Source of the DNA: Dicyema japonicum
Taxonomy: Eukaryota; Animalia; Dicyemida
Assembly (NCBI GenBank): GCA_011109175.1
Contig: RDEW01000002.1
Coordinates: forward strand, 1,306,676 to 1,370,675
Direction: 5' to 3'
DNA length: 64,000 nucleotides
Shown here: one piece after another, positions 57,200 through 64,000 of the stretch
Numbering within the stretch: position 1 is the first letter of the stretch
Layout: every line of letters starts with the position of its first letter
The notes under the pieces: generated by a model
Databases searched by the model: none
Told to the model about the DNA's origin: nothing
The model's input: the letters and a program-made list of their open reading frames with translations, nothing else
Position numbers and translations under genes: made by a program

Positions 57200-60190
57200 T
57201 TACCCCAAGATCACCGGATTAGAAAAAGTTAAAAGTTAACTACTAACTAAGTGATCCCGGTTTTCCGAGTTCTGGCTCTAGTTCGGGGTCCTCGAAGATC
57301 CAACAGAATTCGTAAAAACGGAGACGGTCTCATTCTCCATAAATTCCCCGCATTTTCTAGATAGTCAGATATAGAGATTAAAAGCGGACAGCCGGTTTTT
57401 ATTGCCCACTGTAGANACCGGATTAGAAAAAGTTAAAAGTTAACTACTAACTAAGTGATCCCGGTTTTCCGAGTTCTGGCTCTAGTTCGGGGTCCTCGAA
57501 GATCCACAGAATTCGTAAAAACGGGGACGGTCTCATTCTCCATAAATTCCGCGCATTTTCTAGATAGTCAAATATAGAGAGTAAAAGCGGACAGCCGGTT
57601 TTCATTGCCCACTGTAGAAATGACTCCACTCTTCACCTTAGATGTTCTTTAACATTCAATACGTTATCCACATTTTTTTATTAATTATTTTCAAGACAGG
57701 AAATTGTGCGGTTTCTAATTTTCGAGACGACGATTCAGAAATCATCGAGCTCCATTAAGGACATGCGTATTTGATTACTGGCAATATGTATTGTCTGTAA
57801 ATTTTCTGTAGTAAAAAGGTGTTGCGCCGGATTGGTGATCGGGACAAAATTTTCAATATGTTGGTCTCCCTCCTGACCTTGATAATAACTTCATTGACGT
57901 GTTGGCCAAATGTCAGGAGAGTATCCAACTTTAATCCTAGTATTGTTGGAGACTTATATGAATTTCATATCGGAAACAATTTGATTTTGGGAGGATCTAA
58001 TGATCTTCTATATGTAGAGAAAATTGTTATAAATGACTTTCCTGTAGAAACTTCCAGTCGATTTGATATGAGCCAATGCTCCAAAATACCAATATAACTT
58101 TGAATTTTCATTCCTACCTTCTCAAAGTTAGAGTCTCTCGTCGCATTAACAATGTCATCTGAGTATGAGAGTATCAATGTATCGGAATCATCATTGGTGG
58201 GAAAGTCATTGGTGTACAAGTTAAAGAGCAGGGGAAAGAAGTGAACCTTGAGGGACACCATTCGGCAATAAACGGGATTTAGATTTTCTGTTGTTTGACA
58301 TCACTTGTCCTCTTCTTCCAATTAGAAAATTCGACAGTCTTCTTTTAATGTTTGGATTTATAAGAGTTTCAGAAATTTTATATATAAGTAGCGTCCTGGA
58401 AACGAAGTCGAATGCTTTCTTCAAGTCTATTGAAGCCATTGTGGTCTTTTTATGTGGTTTTGGATAGGAGAATCCATCAGATATATATTGAGTTAATTTT
58501 GTTAAGTGAGTCGTAGTAGAATGATTTTCATGGAATCCATGCTGGAATACTCGATTTTGTAAAATATCTTTGATTCGTGTTAAGATTAATTTTTCCATAA
58601 TTCGGGACAACGCACATAATATTGCAAATTGGACGATAAAAGAGGGATCGTTTGCAAGTTTGTTTGGCTGCCGAATTGGCAAAATTATGGATTTCTTCCA
58701 TATAGAAGGTATCATATTATTGTTCACAGATAGAGTATAAACGTATGATAGGAATTCGGTTGCTTTTTCACCAAGGTGTTTCAGTTCCATCATCGAGATA
58801 TTGTCAACACCTCGGGAACGGGAGTTTTTGGCATCCATGATTGCGTTTCGAACTTCTTGCGGAGTAAAGACAATCAAGTCATATGATGGATACAACTTTT
58901 TGTTGACTCTGTGTTCCCTCAAACATAGTGTTTCATTAAAATATTTGGGTCGATATTGCTACATCCATGTGTATGGAAGGCTTTCTCAGAGCCTTCATTG
59001 CAACGTCTCAAATATTTAATTTTTTTCCATATCAGCGTCTCAGATGTATTTGGCGATAGAGAATCAATAAGTGATGTCCATCGCTTCTTGATAGGGTAAC
59101 TTGTTTAATTTGTATATTTAAGGTTTTCATTTTTTTAAATCGTCATTTGATAATTCTTTTTGCCTCTTTAATTTATTTCTTTATCTGATAAGTGTTTGTG
59201 TATGAATATTATAATAGGTATTCCTTGTTTGATGGCATTGGAATAAATAGTTTTCTTGCTTGGAGTATAATGTCCGTGAAAGTTTTGATCTTGTAATCAA
59301 TTGATGAGAATACCAATGTGTAAAATACTTCCATATTGGTGTCGATGTAATTAGAGAAGTTGGACCAATCCGCGCTTTCAAAATTAAAAAAATGGAATTC
59401 TGTTGATAAATTTATTTTCAGTGTTGATTTTCATCATAATAGGGTTGTGATCACTTCTTAGTTCATATTTTACAATCAAGTTAATAAGGGGAAACATTGA
59501 TGGGGAATATAAAGAGAGGTCAGGGGATGTAGGTTTGCCTCCTGTTCGAGTAGGTGATCTTGTGTTGCTTTTGGTGTTATTCAATTTACAAAATTGTCCC
59601 AAATTTCTGGCCAGTAGGTTTCCTCTACTGTCTGGTTTCTGATATTAGTACCATAATTGATGTTTGACATTGATGTCACCGCATAGTAGTACGTTATTGA
59701 GGTTTGAGAAATTCTGTAGGTTAAGGTAATACCCACTTGGACAGGAGCTAGTAGGTGGAATATATACATTGACAATATTTATAGTTTTCATAGGAATTCT
59801 AATATTTATGCCAATTAGTTCCGAAAAGTCATCTTCTAGATAGAATTTTCGGATTTTGTTTGAAATATCTTCATGTTGAATTCCATTTCTTATTAGTGTC
59901 ATTAGTCCTCTAGCAAGCGTAATCTTTCTTACGGATAACGGAGTATCCGGGAAAGGTTAGGGTTCGTATGTTTGTAGCTTTGTCTCTTGGAATAGAGCAA
60001 TGTCAATTTTATTTATATTGAGCAAGTGGCGGACTTCCAGCACCTTGTTTCGTATTCCGTTATATTGATTTGGACCAGGTTGATTAGAGCGTAAATTAGA
60101 GCGTACCCGGAAAACCATCCTCCTTCATGGATAAGGAAAGTGCAGTTCTTTTTAACATCATGTGATGCATAACCACGCGGCATTTTTTTA
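57200..60190 (-). mobile_element. Single-ORF APE-RT LINE, near full length, degenerate
   Basis: APE ALFQETKL, NVYIPP, CGDINVKHQLW, SPDLSL, SDHNPI; RT FQHGF, IDLKKAFD, NGVPQGSLLSP, YSDDI; 3' stem at 57200-57260. Confidence 0.9.
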
Positions 60191-60267
60191 TTGATAATTA
60201 TTTTAATTAAAAAAATGTGAATTTAAGCTGCTAATCTGTGAATTTAAATTAAAAAGTAATTAAAATT

Positions 60268-61152
60268 TTAATTAAAAGTTTTAATAAAATTAAGAGTGTC
60301 TCTCCAATTATTAACTGCTGTAGAATTGGTTAAAGGACTGATGTAAATTTCATAATCATTACCTCCCTTATATAAAATATAAATTATTAACCTTATGAGT
60401 TTTGTCACCCAAAAAATAGATATTATTAATATTATTTTGTTGTAATATTGTGATTGCAAAACTCTTATCCCAACCACAAGGAAATACATCAACACTAATT
60501 TGTCCACCTAAATATATTAATGTATTAAACCGATTGAAAAGTTTAAATTATAATTTTTAAATTTATGACTTAAATGATTGACTAAGTTGTTTCTTATAGA
60601 ATGATCCTTTAATAAAAATAATAATACTTGATCATATTGGGAAAATAAATATCTTTGTTCATCAGTGCAGTCACGACCAATTGGAGCCAAATTAATTAAT
60701 CCGTCTCTAATCTGAACAAAGGTTGAACTACCATTAGTCAAATAATACGTTCTAAATGGCAGTTCTAATTTTGACATATACCACTTTGAGTATGATATAA
60801 TCTCATCAAATCTTTCGAATCCAATCTCGTCTCTCATACTCTTCAAATATACAATTTCTATACATTTTCATTAATAAGAGTCCCGTTTTTGTAAGCCTTA
60901 ATACCATTTTCAACAAAAACATAATCAAAATTACACAAAACTATTCAATTACTATAATAATAACCATCTTCTCCCAATTGTTCTTTCATCATATCCAAAG
61001 TAGAACCACTAATAATCCCTATAAGAGTCTTTCTTCTTAGTTCTTCTAGAGCTAACCTCATTTCATCATCTATTGGCTTTATTATTTAACAAGTAGTAAA
61101 CCTTCCTAGGTGGAGTAATAGTACCATCCACATCAAATAGAACAATAGACAT
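60268..61152 (-). CDS. PMM: Phosphomannomutase (HAD superfamily)
   Basis: Spliced translation MSIVLFDVDGTITPPRK, FDYVFVENG, FVQIRDGLINLAPIGR, GGQISVDVFPCGWDK, FLGDKTHKGGNDYEIY. Seven introns of 21-25 nt. Confidence 0.95.
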
Positions 61153-61214
61153 ACTACTATTAATTTAAATTATAATTAATATATTATGGTTTTTATTTAA
61201 TAATTTCCTACATA

Positions 61215-61380
61215 TACAGGTTAATGGTTGGGCCGAGTGGCGTACTGTAACGGGTGTCAGGCAAGAGGCCTTAAGGTCGCTGAATCCCCATACTGTACAT
61301 TTCGGTCGAAGGTTCCACGCAACTCTGCTTTGGCTTGATGATTGACGTCGTCATCAGTGAAAATTTCACTGCGGAACCGG
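61215..61380 (+). other. Structured RNA-like segment, probable 5' leader of an RTE-like element
   Basis: A GC-richer island with multiple nested stems (see findings). Confidence 0.45.
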
Positions 61381-61599
61381 ATCGTCTATATAGGACATGC
61401 GCTTAACAAACAGAAAACAAAAGAAGTGAAGATAATTAATTGGTTCTCGCTCATCTATTAGTTATGATAACTGCTCCTTGCTTAAAATAAAGTGTGTGAT
61501 CTGCCTGAGGGAAGAGATAGCTGATATGGCTCATTGGTTCTCGCTCATCTATTAGTTATGATAACTGCTCCTTGCTTAAAATAAAGTGTGTGATCTGCC

Positions 61600-62880
61600 T
61601 GAGGGAAGAGATAGCTGATATGGCTCCTTGTAAAGTGCATCACTTTTTTTTGTTTTTTAATGGTTGGTAACTTGACTTTTGAACAATATGTCTGGAAAAT
61701 ACGGAATTTATGGACTTAATTTCTTCCCCTGACGTTCAATCTCAAAAAGAACTTTTTTAGGATCTATCAAGATACAAAAAATTTTCGGATGCATTCAAGA
61801 GACAAAATTAACCAACGAGATAGAAGAACAACATGGAGAGTTTAGGATAATCTTCCTTCCCGACGGATTCAGGCACTTTGTGCTGGGATTCGCTGTAAAA
61901 AATGACTTAGTCGTGAGAATACACAGTTATTGGAGTTTAAACTACAGAACTGAATATTACAAATAAAATCAGACAATCCTAATTCCACCAAGTGTTATCT
62001 AACCACCATAAACATATATGCTTCCCACAGTATAGCTTAATAATGATGCGCGTTTATTATTGTAAGTACTTTTGTTCTTCTGTACAGTGAAACCAAGCCA
62101 ATAGTATTTTGAGTCGTCAAATTGTCTTATTTCAAAAATAAAATTGTCCTAAAATATGGCATAATTATTTGTTTAATTATATTATTTTTTAATTATTATA
62201 AAACCATTAGATCTCAGAGGCAAAAATGAAGAACGAATTTCAAAAACAATTTCCAAAAAATTATCCATATTTACAAAAACATTTAAAGGAAATTTATTTT
62301 GCCAAAAATGCTCTAAGATAGTAAAACCATCGAAACCAGTGATTCCCAACCTTTTTGAGAACACGGAACCCNCTCCTTGTAAAGTGCATCACTTTTTTTT
62401 GTTTTTTAATGGTTGGTAACGTGACTCTTGAACAATATGTCTGGAAAATACGGAATTCATGGACTTAATTTCTTCCCCTGACGTTCAATCTCAAAGAGAA
62501 CTTTTTTAGGATCTATCAAGATACAAAATATTTTCGGATGCATTCAAGAGACAAAATTAACCAACGAGATAGAAGAACAACATGGAGAGTTTAGGATAAT
62601 CTTCCTTCCCGACGGATTCAGGCACTTTGTGCTGGGATTCAATGTAAAAAATGACTTAGTCGTGAGAATACACAGTTATTGGAGTTTAAACTACAGAACT
62701 GAATATTACAAATAAAATCAGACAATCCTAATTCCACCTGTAAAAAATGACTTAGTCGTGAGAATACACAGTTATTGGAGTTTAAACTACAGAACTGAAT
62801 ATTACAAATAAAATCAGACAATCCTAATTCCACCAAGGGTTATCTAACCATCATAAACATATATGCTTCCCACAGTATAA
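61600..62880 (+). mobile_element. RTE-like APE N-terminal fragment, present twice (61625-62370 and 62373-63085)
   Basis: GCIQETK, FRIIFLP..LGFAVKNDL..RIHSYW, INIYASH. The copies are joined at an N. Confidence 0.75.
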
Positions 62881-63084
62881 CTTAATAATGATGCGCGTTT
62901 ATTATTGTAAGTACTTTTGTTCTTCTGTACGACGAAACCAAGCCCATAGTGTTTTGAGTCATCAAATTGTCTTATTTCAAAAATAAAATTGTCCTAAAAT
63001 ATGGCATAATTATTTGTTTAATTATTATAAAACCATTAGATCTCAGAGGCAAAAATGAAGAACGAATTTCAAAAACAATTTCCA

Positions 63085-64000
63085 AAAGGAAAGAGACCGT
63101 CTTGGGGCTAAAGACTCCGTTCGTCTCGACGACCACTGGCTGTACATGGAAACGGTTTAGGAGGCTGCTGTATTTCTTTATTTTTGAGTTTTCATATAAA
63201 CGGGCGGCCTCTCCCGCTTTAATTGCCGACCTCAAAAGTTTCGACTGGGAAAAGCTGTCAGTACAGGCAGCATCCCAAATTAAGCATTTGCCCCGAGAGA
63301 AGGGGAAGACAGTAATTCCATCGGGTCGCTTTCCATCATCCCTACTCAAGCCAGTTGGCTCTAGAATGGATGGGTATCCCGCCAACTCGAGGGCGCGCTT
63401 CACCACTTCATTTACAGCCTTGTGTCTAGCGAATCGACCTGCGCTTTTTCGACAAGAAAGGGCATGATGTCCATAGCAGTCGACCTTCCGGCCGCATCGG
63501 CACTCATGGGGTTGACAAACTTTCAATCCAAGTCTGATGGAGACTCCNNNNNNNNNNNNNNNNNNNTCTAGCGAATCGACCTGCGTTTTTTCGACAAGAA
63601 AGGGCATGATGTCCATAGCAGTCGACCTTCCGGCCGCATCGGCACTCATGGGGTTGACAAACTTTCAATCCAAGTCTGATGGAGACTCCGGTGCGGACCG
63701 ATTCATCGTCTAGGTGAGTTCCCACGTTTCCAATGGGTAGGGCATTGATCCAAGCCCCGATCCACTCGGATCTTGCAGTTAAAAGACAGGCTCGTCGGTT
63801 TTGGTTAGATATTTTCAAAAGCCTCTCGTATTTATCCTCGCAAACAGACTCATAAAGGTCACTCTGCCCGAGTTGTTTGACTTTAGGGTGTACCAAATCT
63901 TCGATCTTTGACGACTCTAATGGGAGCTGGGGAATCATCATGATCAAATTCTGATTGGAGTCCAATGAGGATTGATATGCCGGGTGTGCTAAATCAGATG
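63085..64000 (-). mobile_element. CRE-like retrotransposon 3' part, with N gap
   Basis: GAWINALPIG..LGLKVCQPHECRCG..HALSC..GKRPDGITVFPF..WDAAC..VVETNG. Confidence 0.9.

Noticed and set aside
61228-61262. GGGC..GTGGCG..TGTAA resembling the SRP RNA Alu domain
   Set aside because: No helix-8 CAGG-GNRA-AGCA motif downstream, so it is not called as SRP RNA.
61295-61360. Minus-strand CTGATGA..CGAAA, as possible hammerhead ribozyme
   Set aside because: Stem II cannot close (C opposite C) and stems I/III are not supported.
61433-63690. Tandem repeats (61433-61630, 61625-63085, 62640-62840, 63420-63690; also 54680-55280, 57215-57620, 16491-16765, 40110-40275)
   Set aside because: Near-identical two-copy duplications, several joined at N bases or gaps. 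Probably haplotype or assembly artefacts. There is no repeat-spacer structure, so not CRISPR.

Overview
AT-rich eukaryotic (animal) genomic DNA. Seven to eight compact host genes sit as islands in a dense field of decayed transposable elements: a p53-family gene, kinesin-1 heavy chain, CHD1, rootletin, an SLC25A33/36-type mitochondrial carrier, Ski/SnoN, a Rho GTPase (apparently disrupted) and phosphomannomutase. Almost all introns I could resolve are 20-26 nt GT-AG micro-introns. Together with the metazoan and ciliary gene content this best fits a dicyemid mesozoan (inference). Mobile elements include CRE-like and R4-like RLE non-LTR retrotransposons, RTE-like LINEs, single-ORF APE-RT LINEs of the I/Jockey group, pogo/Tigger and hAT remnants, and a four-level nested insertion. 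The most notable unexplained signals are: (i) a covarying long-range 3' RNA stem shared by about nine divergent LINE ends; (ii) a highly structured RNA-like leader at about 61215-61380, ahead of an RTE-like element; (iii) the micro-intron splicing regime; (iv) streamlined p53 and Rho proteins. The assembly shows local tandem duplications, N gaps and probable homopolymer errors. Boundaries of decayed elements are approximate.
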